From: an uncultured Oscillospiraceae bacterium
GTDB lineage: Bacteria > Bacillota > Clostridia > Oscillospirales > Ruminococcaceae
Direction: 5' to 3'
Length of the DNA stretch: 62,783 nt
Assembly (NCBI GenBank): GCA_900547015.1
Contig: URFD01000001.1
Location: forward strand, 1-62,783
Positions 32,073 through 40,887 of this stretch are shown one piece after another (position 1 is the first letter of the stretch; the number at the start of each line of letters is the position of its first letter). The notes below the pieces were generated by a model. The model ran no database searches. It was not told the DNA's origin and saw only the letters and a program-made list of their open reading frames with translations. A program made the translations under genes and the position numbers.

Positions 32073-33116
32073 TTAGACTGTGATGTGTGCGGTCAGATAG
32101 ATTTGGCTGAGCACCGCCGCCAGATGGAATTCCAGCTCCACCACGCACACCGTCGGGTCGCTCTCCTCCGGATAGACCACCGGCGGCTCAAAATCCACCA
32201 GCACTCCCTGCTGCTTCTTTTCATCCAGCACCACCGCCACCTGCGAGGAAATGCTGTCGGGGCCAAGCCTTCTTCCCGTTCCTCTCAGCATCCCTTCCAG
32301 CCTTTCCCGCACCGAGCGGATGATGTCGTCAATCATCAGCACCGTATTCACCGAAGCAAAGGTTCTGTCCGCTTCTCCTGCCGTCATGGTTCGGGTGGTC
32401 ACACAGCGGATACACTCCACTCTGCCTGCATTTTCTTCCAAAGCGGTCACACCGCCGCCCAAAAACTGCTCCACCTGCTCCTCGCTCAGGCTTTCCACCG
32501 TCTCCAGCCCAAGCTCTGCTCCGCAAAAACTCTCATCCGGCTCTGCCGTTGCCAGCATCGCCGCGATTGCCGCGGCCGCCGCCAGTCTCGAATCCTTCGC
32601 GCTCTGCGCACACAGCACCATTCGCTCGCTGTTCATCTGCTTTGCCGCCGCAAGGGCTTTTTCCGGTAGGATTGCCCCGACGCCGATTCGCTCCTTCTGA
32701 TTCTCCGAAGCCTCCTGCACCTTTCGGCACAGCAGCTGCAAGACCTCCTCCTCACAGCTGCCGCACATCATCACGCCGCTGCGCTTGATTTCGCACAGCC
32801 TGCCGATAGCATCGGTATATTCCTCGGTGGTCGGTTTCCTGCCGTCGATTGTGATTGGCACAGCATATACCCCTGCCGCACCGCCCTCCAACAGCACCCT
32901 GCACACCTCGCAAAAATCCTTTCCCGCTCCCTGCTCGGAAAAATATTCTCTCAGCTGGGCAAGCGAGCTCAGCTGGACCACTCCGCCTGCCGGCAGATGT
33001 TTTCCCTGCTGTAAGACCGCCGCACCGCAGTAAAAGGCATAACAATCCTGTCGGCTGTGCGGCCTGCTGATAATGTCATACCGGGAGTACACTCCCGGAC
33101 GATAGCTCTTTTTCAT
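32073..33116 (-). CDS. Contractile tail sheath protein (compact)
   Basis: N-terminal RPGVY; C-terminal GGVT.L..IR.VTT..V..VLMIDDI sheath domain. Confidence 0.8.
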   Translation of the reverse strand: MKKSYRPGVYSRYDIISRPHSRQDCYAFYCGAAVLQQGKHLPAGGVVQLSSLAQLREYFSEQGAGKDFCEVCRVLLEGGAAGVYAVPITIDGRKPTTEEYTDAIGRLCEIKRSGVMMCGSCEEEVLQLLCRKVQEASENQKERIGVGAILPEKALAAAKQMNSERMVLCAQSAKDSRLAAAAAIAAMLATAEPDESFCGAELGLETVESLSEEQVEQFLGGGVTALEENAGRVECIRCVTTRTMTAGEADRTFASVNTVLMIDDIIRSVRERLEGMLRGTGRRLGPDSISSQVAVVLDEKKQQGVLVDFEPPVVYPEESDPTVCVVELEFHLAAVLSQIYLTAHITV

Positions 33117-33589
33117 CGGCTCTCTCCTTTCCTGATAATGCGGAAACCCTCGGGATACGGGCCTTCCGTTCCCGGCGCCTCACCGCTGATGACCCACTCG
33201 CAGCACAGCTTCACCGGCAGTACCACACCGTTCCAATCCTTTTGCCAGACTGCCTCTGAGCATTCGATTTGGGTCAGTTTCAGCTGCGGGTGAAACAGCA
33301 GTCTCTGCGCGCACCGCTCCCACAGCTCCCAACATTCCTCTGCACTCGGACAGCACAGCGACAGCTTGAGCCACACCTGTGCGAGCCGTCCTGCCTTCTG
33401 CTGTCCGTCATACAGATTTCCCAACCCCAGCGGGGACAGCCCCACCTTCTGGATTCCCAGCACCGCCAGCCGTCCCAGCTGTGGATTGGGGCGCATCCGG
33501 GTCGAAAAGGCGGTTCGCACCTCCAACTCCGGCTCGCCCTGCCGAAGCACCTGACGAACCTGCTCCAGCATCTGGAGAAACTCACCCAT
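33113..33589 (-). CDS. Putative tail terminator/completion protein
   Basis: 158 aa between neck and sheath genes; stop overlaps the sheath ATG. Confidence 0.5.
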   Translation of the reverse strand: MGEFLQMLEQVRQVLRQGEPELEVRTAFSTRMRPNPQLGRLAVLGIQKVGLSPLGLGNLYDGQQKAGRLAQVWLKLSLCCPSAEECWELWERCAQRLLFHPQLKLTQIECSEAVWQKDWNGVVLPVKLCCEWVISGEAPGTEGPYPEGFRIIRKGESR

Positions 33590-33911
33590 CTGCTCGGCCT
33601 CCTTCCTGCACTCGGGAAGCGATTCCCCACAGATATGCGGCATCCTTCCCCCAAAACACCGGCTCCATCCGTTCGAGCAGGTAGCTTGTGCCGCCGCACT
33701 CAAACACCACTCCGCGTCTGGCGTGCTCCTCCTTGTCTGCTGAAACAAGGACCAGCCAACGCTCCGGCTCGCTTCGTCCGGCCTCGCCCGATTGCAGCAC
33801 CCCTGTCCGCTCACGCATCGGGTTCAGATAAGCTAAAAAGCTCCCGGTCGGAAACTGTACGACCCTTCCACACTGTCGAATCAGCCGCCCGACCACCTGC
33901 GCTGTCTGCAA
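33582..33911 (-). CDS. Putative head-closure protein
   Basis: 109 aa, RBS AAGGAG, neck position. Confidence 0.5.
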   Translation of the reverse strand: MQTAQVVGRLIRQCGRVVQFPTGSFLAYLNPMRERTGVLQSGEAGRSEPERWLVLVSADKEEHARRGVVFECGGTSYLLERMEPVFWGKDAAYLWGIASRVQEGGRADG

Positions 33912-33915
33912 ACCA

Positions 33916-34254
33916 CTACACTCCTTTCAGGCAGATTCCCTGCGAATCCATCAGGTCACCCACCATCTCCATCAGTTCCTTTCTGGCCTGCGCACCGTCG
34001 CTCTGGGTAAAGGAAATATCGCCCACCCGAACCGCCGAGCACACCGTTCCCTGAACCGTCTGAAATCGGTGGTTGGCTAGAGCGGCACAGGCCAGTGCCA
34101 GCCGCTGTTCATGCTTTGCTGGATCGACGCTCGGCCTCAGCCTACCCTTCAGGTCCTCCCAGCAGGCCAGCACCAGCGGCTCCCACTCCTGCGCTTGTTC
34201 CGCCTTCAGCCCGCTGACCAGACAAAAATCCTTCATCAATAACCGTTCGTCCAT
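33916..34254 (-). CDS. Putative head-tail adaptor
   Basis: 112 aa, helical with ACAALA and VRVGDISF hairpin; directly after the capsid gene. Confidence 0.6.
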   Translation of the reverse strand: MDERLLMKDFCLVSGLKAEQAQEWEPLVLACWEDLKGRLRPSVDPAKHEQRLALACAALANHRFQTVQGTVCSAVRVGDISFTQSDGAQARKELMEMVGDLMDSQGICLKGV

Positions 34255-34263
34255 ACGCTTCCC

Positions 34264-35274
34264 CTATTTTCCCAGCACCTTGACTGCCTCTGGGAAGATT
34301 TTGGAAAATCCTGCAATGGCAGTCACCGCCGCACGCTCCAGCTGGCAGTCGATGAGCTTGTCATATTCCACCTGAATTCCGCCTGCCTGTACCTTTTCCA
34401 GCGCATAACGCTTGTCCAGACCGATGATGCAGCCCTCCGGCACTGCTGGGGATACAAACAGCTTCGCACCCAGCGGAGTGGTCAGACAGCCGGTTGCCTG
34501 AAAGTTCAGTCCGGTCTCCGGATTCTGTAATTCCGGAATCTGCAAAATCTTCAGCATCATGTCCGGGCTTGCCAGCATTACGTTCATCTGATACTCTCCA
34601 AAGCTGCCCCAAAGGTTCAGCAGGTCGGTGTAGGTCAGCTGACCGGCATTAGCCAGCTTCACCCTCTGTGCCGGATTGTGGTTGCCGTCACCCTCCATCA
34701 GCACACGAACCGCGTCCTGCAACTGTGCCTTGCCGATGCATGCGCCAATCTGCTTGAGTGCCACCGTGAACAGATCCAGTCTCTGGAACTTGATTGCCTC
34801 ATAGGAGGCCACCATCATTCTGCCGCGTTTTTTCAGCTGGATTAAGCTCTCCTTAAGTCGGATGGTCGTCTCCGGAATAAAGCCGCCCTCCTCGATGACC
34901 GACGGAGCATCCTCCTCCCAGTTCGGGTCGGACACGATTGCGCGGTAGTCCATCCCCTCAATCTCGGTCTGCGCCGCGCAGATTTCCTCCAGAATGTGGT
35001 TGGCATCCACGCCCTGCTTCACCGCACGGGAAACATACTCCGGAAACAGCGCCGCACTGTCCGATGTCGCAAAAAACTTCTGCAAACGGTCGCTGTCCTG
35101 ACCGGACACCTTGATGTCAAATCGCTTGAGCTGTCTCTGAAAGGCATCATAGCCGCCAAGCTCGGTTCCGTGGTACTGCTCGCTCGGGTCCAGACGCTCC
35201 AGACATTTGGAAAAGCCCTCCGCTGTCTTGTAAAAATCCTTGGAAATATTGATGTTCTGATAGTTGTACTTCAT
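34264..35274 (-). CDS. Major capsid protein (HK97-like fold inferred)
   Basis: 336 aa; LFPEYV, VIEEGG.IPE E-loop, LKKRGR..SYEAI, C-terminal D..ALE..E.D..Q pattern. Confidence 0.85.
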   Translation of the reverse strand: MKYNYQNINISKDFYKTAEGFSKCLERLDPSEQYHGTELGGYDAFQRQLKRFDIKVSGQDSDRLQKFFATSDSAALFPEYVSRAVKQGVDANHILEEICAAQTEIEGMDYRAIVSDPNWEEDAPSVIEEGGFIPETTIRLKESLIQLKKRGRMMVASYEAIKFQRLDLFTVALKQIGACIGKAQLQDAVRVLMEGDGNHNPAQRVKLANAGQLTYTDLLNLWGSFGEYQMNVMLASPDMMLKILQIPELQNPETGLNFQATGCLTTPLGAKLFVSPAVPEGCIIGLDKRYALEKVQAGGIQVEYDKLIDCQLERAAVTAIAGFSKIFPEAVKVLGK

Positions 35275-35318
35275 CGTTCACTTCACTTCTCCTCTTCCTG
35301 TATTTTGGCAACCATGGC

Positions 35319-35660
35319 CTAAAATAAAATTCCTACATTTTTTGCGGTTGTGTTGACCTCTGTTGCCAGCACCTCACGGCCGCTCTCGGATAAAACCGCA
35401 TCCGCCTTGCTGTCCGCCGCCAGCTTGATAAAGCCCACCTGCGGGTCGCTGCCGGAATAGTGCAGCACCGCAAAGCCGCCGGTCTGAACCAGTGCGTGCT
35501 CTCCTCTCATCGAGCGCACCACCCCTGCAAATTTTCCCGAAGCTGCCTTCTTCACCGTGTTGTCCGCGCACATCACAACCAGGTCTCCCGGCTCCGCTGT
35601 GCCCTCGCATTTCATCGTGACATACTGGCTGTTAAAGCCCTGCATACAAATTTCCTTCAT
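35319..35660 (-). CDS. Putative capsid decoration/cement protein
   Basis: 113 aa, GDLV..V..A..FAGVV..VQTGG pattern; between protease and capsid; RBS GGAGG. Confidence 0.55.
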   Translation of the reverse strand: MKEICMQGFNSQYVTMKCEGTAEPGDLVVMCADNTVKKAASGKFAGVVRSMRGEHALVQTGGFAVLHYSGSDPQVGFIKLAADSKADAVLSESGREVLATEVNTTAKNVGILF

Positions 35661-35671
35661 TTGCTCTCCTC

Positions 35672-36643
35672 CTAAATGATGAATCTCTTGTCCGAATCCT
35701 GACCGCCTGCTTTTTCTTCCTCCCAGCCGAACTGCGATGCCTTCAGCCTCTGCGGACTGCGGCAGAGCATCTGTCTCAGCGCCTTCATCTGCTCCACCGT
35801 CATCCCATCCAGCATCTTGGAAAGGGAGCGGTTCACCGCCTCGTCCGGCTCTCCCTTTGCAAAGACCTCCTGCATTACCTGTCGGCGGGCGCATCTTCTG
35901 GTCTGCTCGCAGTCCTCCATCAGGTTTTTCATCCTGCCCTGTAACTGGCAAACCTCCTCGCAGCTCAGCCACAGTCCCTGATTTCTTCCGGCTGCCTGCC
36001 ACAGCTTTTCCACGCTGTCGCCCGTTCTCTCGCCCAAGCTCTTGATGACGCCTGCCGAGCGCTGCGCCGGCACTGCCACAAACGACCACTCATAGGCATC
36101 TGCCGCCCCGTGCAGAACGGTGCAGCACAGTTTGCCGTCATACACCTCTCCGGGAATATGCTCACAGCCGTGCTGACCGCGCTCTCTGCCGCAGATGGAG
36201 CATCGTCCGCCCTGCACACTGCACCCGACGCTCACCTCTTTTTTGATTCCCGCCTCGATTTCCAGAATCAGGTCGCGGTTGCGTTCGGTTCTCACCATGT
36301 ACGCCTTTGCCACCAGCGCACAGTATGGCTGACCCAGCAGGTTTGTTCTGCCTTCCTCGCGCTCTACCCTCGCCTCATAGATTCTCGCCTGCTGATTTCG
36401 GCTCACCGCCTCGTGGTCACAGATGCCGGTCTTGCCGACAAACAGCCCAGCCAGCTCCTCCAGCGTCTGCTCGTCGAACTGCTCCCACTCTCGGTCTACC
36501 TCGTTGTCGCACAGCACCACGCGGAAGCAGTACAGCTCCTCCTCCTGAAATTCCCTTCTGGTCAGGCGGTTGATCTGCTCCAGCTCCTCCTGACCCAGCT
36601 TCATCTCCCTGCACAGCAGGTTTCCCGACTTGCTGCATCTCAT
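35672..36643 (-). CDS. Prohead protease/scaffold with Cys/His zinc-like insert
   Basis: DH, EVSVG and EWSFVAVPAQ..A resemble caudoviral prohead proteases; CSICG..C.H..C insert; helical C-terminus. Confidence 0.65.
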   Translation of the reverse strand: MRCSKSGNLLCREMKLGQEELEQINRLTRREFQEEELYCFRVVLCDNEVDREWEQFDEQTLEELAGLFVGKTGICDHEAVSRNQQARIYEARVEREEGRTNLLGQPYCALVAKAYMVRTERNRDLILEIEAGIKKEVSVGCSVQGGRCSICGRERGQHGCEHIPGEVYDGKLCCTVLHGAADAYEWSFVAVPAQRSAGVIKSLGERTGDSVEKLWQAAGRNQGLWLSCEEVCQLQGRMKNLMEDCEQTRRCARRQVMQEVFAKGEPDEAVNRSLSKMLDGMTVEQMKALRQMLCRSPQRLKASQFGWEEEKAGGQDSDKRFII

Positions 36644-37824
36644 CGTTTTCCTTCCCCTTTCTTCTCCATCGCCTGCTCGATCTGTCTGGCCTGCGCCTGT
36701 AGCAGTTGGGCTCTGGCCTGTTCCACCTCATCGGTAATGCTGACCGGTTTCCACTTCACCTGAATTTCTCCGCCCAGCCCCTTGAGCGCCAGATGATATC
36801 GGCACACCTTCAGGATGACCGAGGTCAACAGCTGTCGATAGCTTTCCAGCTCGCTTGCCAAAATTTCCGCCTGCTGCTGGCTCATGCGCTCGGTGGTGGA
36901 CCAGCTCAGTCCCAGCACAAACGGTGGCAGTCCCAGCTTCGCCACAATCTGTTCGAGCATCTGACGCACCGGAATCTGGCTGTCGATGATCTGATTGTCC
37001 GCACCGATTACCCGAATCCCCACATCGCCCACCGCTACAAAGTCCCTTGTCTGCTCTGTGTCCATCGTCTGGGACCACTGCTGCGCCATTTCCTGGGCAA
37101 TTTCCCGGGCATACGCTCCGTCCACATTTCCCTGCGGATGATAGGTCACCGCAAAGCGCAGATTTCCCATCCGCTCAAAGTTCTGTCCGATGGACTGATA
37201 GATGTTCAGCAGGATGGAGGTCACAAACGGCAACCCCGACAACAGCGACCGTCCCCGCACCTCACCTGCCGCCGGATTCAGTGCGCTGAACACGATTCGC
37301 TCCGGGTGCTCCACCGGCTGCTCGGTCACTCCGTCCGGATAGCTGTAAAACTGCATCCCGGTCGGCTCCTCGCCGCGCTTGACTAAAATCCTCTTGAGCG
37401 GGATGTTGCACAGCGCCCCGACGCCGTCCCCGTCCCAGGTCGGAATCATCTCTCCGGCTGCATTTCCGTAGGTCAGCAGGTTGTCCAGATAGCAGCAAAG
37501 AAACTGCTCGATTCCCACCGATGCCGGGCCCACCTGAACATTCCTGCAAAACAGGTCCAGCTCCTTCTGAACCTGACGGTCGTCACACTCCACCGAAAAC
37601 GGCCCCACCAGCCGAATCAGCTTGCTGATGGCCGCATCCACGATCGGCACAGCCTGCCGAATCTGGTCAAACAGCCGGTTTTCACTCTCGTCCAGCAGTC
37701 CCAGCCGCTCCAGCCTCCCAAACGGGTCGGTGTGGATTTGTCCGCCCTGCACGCTCTGCGCGGCTGCCGGCGGCTTCTCCCGACCCCGTTTCCTTCTCCA
37801 CATCGGTCTTTGCAAATTCCTCAT
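36640..37824 (-). CDS. Phage portal protein
   Basis: Follows TerL with ATGA overlap; PIVDAAI, LLTYGNA.GE, G.SLL, IVAKLGLPPFVLG. Confidence 0.8.
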   Translation of the reverse strand: MRNLQRPMWRRKRGREKPPAAAQSVQGGQIHTDPFGRLERLGLLDESENRLFDQIRQAVPIVDAAISKLIRLVGPFSVECDDRQVQKELDLFCRNVQVGPASVGIEQFLCCYLDNLLTYGNAAGEMIPTWDGDGVGALCNIPLKRILVKRGEEPTGMQFYSYPDGVTEQPVEHPERIVFSALNPAAGEVRGRSLLSGLPFVTSILLNIYQSIGQNFERMGNLRFAVTYHPQGNVDGAYAREIAQEMAQQWSQTMDTEQTRDFVAVGDVGIRVIGADNQIIDSQIPVRQMLEQIVAKLGLPPFVLGLSWSTTERMSQQQAEILASELESYRQLLTSVILKVCRYHLALKGLGGEIQVKWKPVSITDEVEQARAQLLQAQARQIEQAMEKKGEGKR

Positions 37825-39068
37825 CCTTTCCTCTGGCTTCTGCTGTGTGCCACGGCAAAAAATCCGCCTTGGCTTTCTCTGCAAACCTCCATCGCAAAAT
37901 ATCGGATGTCATCCATCGCGTGGTCGTTCTCCTTGACTGGCTGGTCATTTCCCAGCCCCTCGTTCCATCGGTATAAGGAAAACTCCCGCAGACTGTCCGT
38001 ACATCCCGCACAGAACTTCAGCCGTTCCTCCTGTAGCAGTCGGGACACCAGCTGGATTCCCTCCACCACCTGATTCTTTGCCGGAACCACCCGAAACCGC
38101 CCGTGCCGACGGATACATTCCATCATGCTCGCCGCGCTCGGGTCGATGATGACCGCCTCGATGACCGTGTCGCCGCACAGCCGTTCCAGCTCGGCATAAT
38201 ATTCCTCGTCGGTTTTGCAGACACCCTGCCTGCGTGCATCGTGGTAATACTCTCGGATTCGGTACCACCTTCCTCCGCTTTCTCCCCACAACCCCATCGA
38301 GCAGGGATTCATCGTCCCGTAATCGCACGAAACCCAAAATCTCCTGCACTGGGGCGCTTGCTCGACCAGGTGCTTCTCTCTGGAAAACATCGGGTACACC
38401 AGCCCCTGCGGACTGCACCACTCTCCCAGCACAAAGCGCTTGTAAAAGCTGCCGCTGTACAGCCGCTCATACCGCTGCCGCATCTGTCTGGACAGCGAGG
38501 GGTTGTCCTCCATCCGAAAGTGCAGATAGCACAGATTTTTTTCCTCTCTCTTCTGAATCCACTCGGTGTAAAACCAATGGCCCGGATGCTCCGGATTGCA
38601 GTTAAACCACAGCCTGCTTCCTTCCACCGAACACCGCGCGGCAGCCTGCTCCACAAACTCCCGCTCCTGCAAGGCTGCCTCGTCAAACAGCGCACCGCCC
38701 AGCGTCATTCCCTGAATCCTGCCTGCGCTGCCTGCGTCGTGTCCCGAAAACAGGTAATATCGGTTGCGCCGCCCCGAAACACTCAGCTCCACCCAGTTTT
38801 CCGAAACCTTCTCCTTCCAGCCAAAGCCCAGCTCCTCCAGCAGTGGTCGCAGCGGCTCCAGCAGATTGCGTTTGACACCCGCTATTGTCTTGCCGCACAG
38901 GGCAAACTGCTTTCCCTCCATGCTGCCCATGCTCCATAAAAAGAAGGAAAGCCCCATGCAGATGGTTTTTCCGCTCCTCACCGCCCCGTCGCAGATGATA
39001 CCGTCATACCCGTAATATCGGCTCTGCGGCAGCCACCAGCTCATCAGCGTCCGCTGCTTTTTGCTCAA
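37821..39068 (-). CDS. Terminase large subunit (PBSX family)
   Basis: Walker A GAVRSGKT, Walker B LFDEA, NCNPEHP.HWF, nuclease DYG..IDPSA..KENDHAMDDIRYF. Confidence 0.93.
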   Translation of the reverse strand: MSKKQRTLMSWWLPQSRYYGYDGIICDGAVRSGKTICMGLSFFLWSMGSMEGKQFALCGKTIAGVKRNLLEPLRPLLEELGFGWKEKVSENWVELSVSGRRNRYYLFSGHDAGSAGRIQGMTLGGALFDEAALQEREFVEQAAARCSVEGSRLWFNCNPEHPGHWFYTEWIQKREEKNLCYLHFRMEDNPSLSRQMRQRYERLYSGSFYKRFVLGEWCSPQGLVYPMFSREKHLVEQAPQCRRFWVSCDYGTMNPCSMGLWGESGGRWYRIREYYHDARRQGVCKTDEEYYAELERLCGDTVIEAVIIDPSAASMMECIRRHGRFRVVPAKNQVVEGIQLVSRLLQEERLKFCAGCTDSLREFSLYRWNEGLGNDQPVKENDHAMDDIRYFAMEVCRESQGGFFAVAHSRSQRKG

Positions 39069-39514
39069 GTTCTTGATTCTTCTGATTCTTCTCCCTCCTG
39101 TGCGCTCTGCTGTAAGGCTGTCAGCAATCCCTGAAATCCGGATGCGTCCCGTTCCTCCTGCTCCATCTGGGCAAGCCTGATTAACAGCTCACAGGCCTTG
39201 AGCTTGTCCCAAAACTGATACTCCGCCTCTTTGCCCTTGTATCGCTCCACCGCAAACCCGTCCGTGAAAGGATTTCCGTCCCGGTCGATCTGCGGCGCCG
39301 CAAACAGGATTCTGCTCAGTCCTGCCTTGGCTGTCTGAGCCGCCGAGCTTTTTCCCAGCAATCGGTTCATCCTTCTCAGCTGTGCCTGAACCCTTCGCTG
39401 TCCCAGCAGAGCCGCTCCGTTGTCCATCCCGATTTTCTGGGCTGCCAGCTGTGGGTCTCTCGTCACAAAGCACCAGTAGGCAAACTCCTGCGCCTGCTCC
39501 TTTTCCAGTTCCAA
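39065..39514 (-). CDS. Terminase small subunit-like protein
   Basis: EFAYW..AAQKIG N-terminus and WDKLKACELL resembling TerS DKLKALELL; TTG start after GGGGAG. Confidence 0.6.
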   Translation of the reverse strand: MELEKEQAQEFAYWCFVTRDPQLAAQKIGMDNGAALLGQRRVQAQLRRMNRLLGKSSAAQTAKAGLSRILFAAPQIDRDGNPFTDGFAVERYKGKEAEYQFWDKLKACELLIRLAQMEQEERDASGFQGLLTALQQSAQEGEESEESRT

Positions 39515-39637
39515 TTTTCTCTCCCCCCTTTTTGCCCTTGCACCTATCCCCATTTTTTCCGCAAAAATTGCCCCGAAAAGGGCAATAACTACACATTTTC
39601 AAAAAATTTTCTTCCCGGATTTCCCTCAAAAAAGGGC

Positions 39638-39677
39638 AAAAAAAGAGGAGCCGCCTCCTTTCGGAAGCAGCTCCTCT
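39638..39677 (-). terminator. Terminator separating the G5/3D gene from the phage-like operon
   Basis: AGAGGAGCTGCTTC..GAGGCGGCTCCTCT + T7 on the minus strand. Confidence 0.8.
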
Positions 39678-39691
39678 GCACACACCCGGAC

Positions 39692-40795
39692 CTAGTCCAG
39701 GATATAAATATTCACATTTCTTCTGCCGTTCAGGCAGCTTTCCAGATAGCTGTCATAATACAGGTCCACATCGATGATATCTCCCAGCAGAGCGGTTCCG
39801 GTGTCTGCCGCGATGGCAAACCCGTACACAAAGCTGTTGTCCGGGCTGGTAATATACATCTTGGTTCCGTATGGGATTTCACCCGGATGCACCGCCACAT
39901 AGCCTGCCGACAGTGTCTGTCCCGAAGCGCCCCATGCGCCCTGTCCGGCGCTGTAGCCGGTTGCCACCTGATTGGTCAGCACCTTGCTGTACTGCACCGG
40001 CACACCCTGCTCATCCAGCTCGATGCCAAAGTCCAGCGGCGAGATTGCAGCCTGCACACCTGATGCACCCACCAGACGGACTTCGGCTACCGGCTCCTGC
40101 AAAACGGTCTGGGAGACCACCTTCTGCTCCTGTACCTCACCGTCCACAATTTTCTGCTCATAGACTACCTTCTGTCTCCCGTCCACGCCGTACCACAAAA
40201 CCTGCTGCTGTCCCGGACGCAGCAGGGAGCTCAGCCGCTCCTCCACCGGGTGCTCCAGAATTTCCTCCTGCTCCACCCTGCGGGTTTGTGCATTGGCGCT
40301 ATTGACGCTCCGCACAGATTCTGCTCGAACCTCCGTGCGCTTCACGGTCGGGCTCTCGGATTCCTGCGGTTCCGGCTCCACCGGTTCGATGGACTCCTCC
40401 TCCGAACCCAGATAGCTGCCGGCAAGCTCCTTGGCAAGCTCACTTACCTTCGAAAGCTGCTGCCCGTTGATTTCCAAAAAAGTACCTGCCAGCAGCGAAC
40501 TTCCCAATCCGGTCGAGCCTGCGGTGCGTCCGGTAAATTTGCTCGGGTCTGCCGATGCGGTCAGAATATCGCCCGACAGATGGATTCGCTCCGCCACCGT
40601 CATCTCATCCAGGTTCTGTTGTCTGCTGCTCAAGGGAAATACCCAAAAGACGATTGCTGCCATCGCTGCAGAAAGCACACACGTCATGGTTTTTCTTCCG
40701 CGTCGGATTCCCCGCGCGAAGGAAGTCCCCAATTTGTCCCAAAGGTTTCGTTCATCCTTGCGGATTCCCGATTCCTCTTTTCTGAAGTTTTGCAT
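39692..40795 (-). CDS. G5 + 3D domain cell-wall protein (YabE-like)
   Basis: TM anchor, G5 (GVDG..V.Y..VDG..EPV.EV..VG), 3D (ATGY, VAV.P..IPYGTK, ADTG, DVDLY). Confidence 0.88.
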   Translation of the reverse strand: MQNFRKEESGIRKDERNLWDKLGTSFARGIRRGRKTMTCVLSAAMAAIVFWVFPLSSRQQNLDEMTVAERIHLSGDILTASADPSKFTGRTAGSTGLGSSLLAGTFLEINGQQLSKVSELAKELAGSYLGSEEESIEPVEPEPQESESPTVKRTEVRAESVRSVNSANAQTRRVEQEEILEHPVEERLSSLLRPGQQQVLWYGVDGRQKVVYEQKIVDGEVQEQKVVSQTVLQEPVAEVRLVGASGVQAAISPLDFGIELDEQGVPVQYSKVLTNQVATGYSAGQGAWGASGQTLSAGYVAVHPGEIPYGTKMYITSPDNSFVYGFAIAADTGTALLGDIIDVDLYYDSYLESCLNGRRNVNIYILD

Positions 40796-40858
40796 AATCT
40801 TCTCCTTTGTTCTGATTTGCCTGTGACCTGTTTGCCCTTCGGTTTCAGGTCAGTTGCC

Positions 40859-40887
40859 ATTATAAGCAAGCTCTCAGATGGTGTCAA
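40859..40887 (-). promoter_or_regulatory. Consensus sigma-A promoter of the G5/3D gene
   Basis: TTGACA-N17-TATAAT on the minus strand. Confidence 0.8.

Larger units (their letters stand above)
26913..39514 (-). other. Phage-derived head + contractile-tail structural operon (GTA-like or domesticated defective prophage), 20 genes
   Basis: Canonical virion gene order, all ORFs intact and tightly spaced; no integrase, repressor, replication or lysis genes. Confidence 0.85.

Noticed and set aside
26913..33589. Tailocin / extracellular contractile injection system
   Set aside because: The same operon encodes intact terminase, portal and capsid, which those systems lack.
26862..39690. Intact temperate prophage with att sites
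   Set aside because: No integrase, repressor, replication or lysis genes, and no convincing direct repeat at the two ends (only a weak TTCCCG similarity).
39692..40795. G5/3D protein as the element's endolysin
   Set aside because: It is a typical host YabE-like membrane-anchored protein with its own sigma-A promoter and terminator, and there is no holin.
40800..40858. c-di-GMP or c-di-AMP riboswitch before the 3D gene
   Set aside because: Only one hairpin (TGACCTG/CAGGTCA) in a ~55-nt leader. It is too short and lacks the conserved cores.
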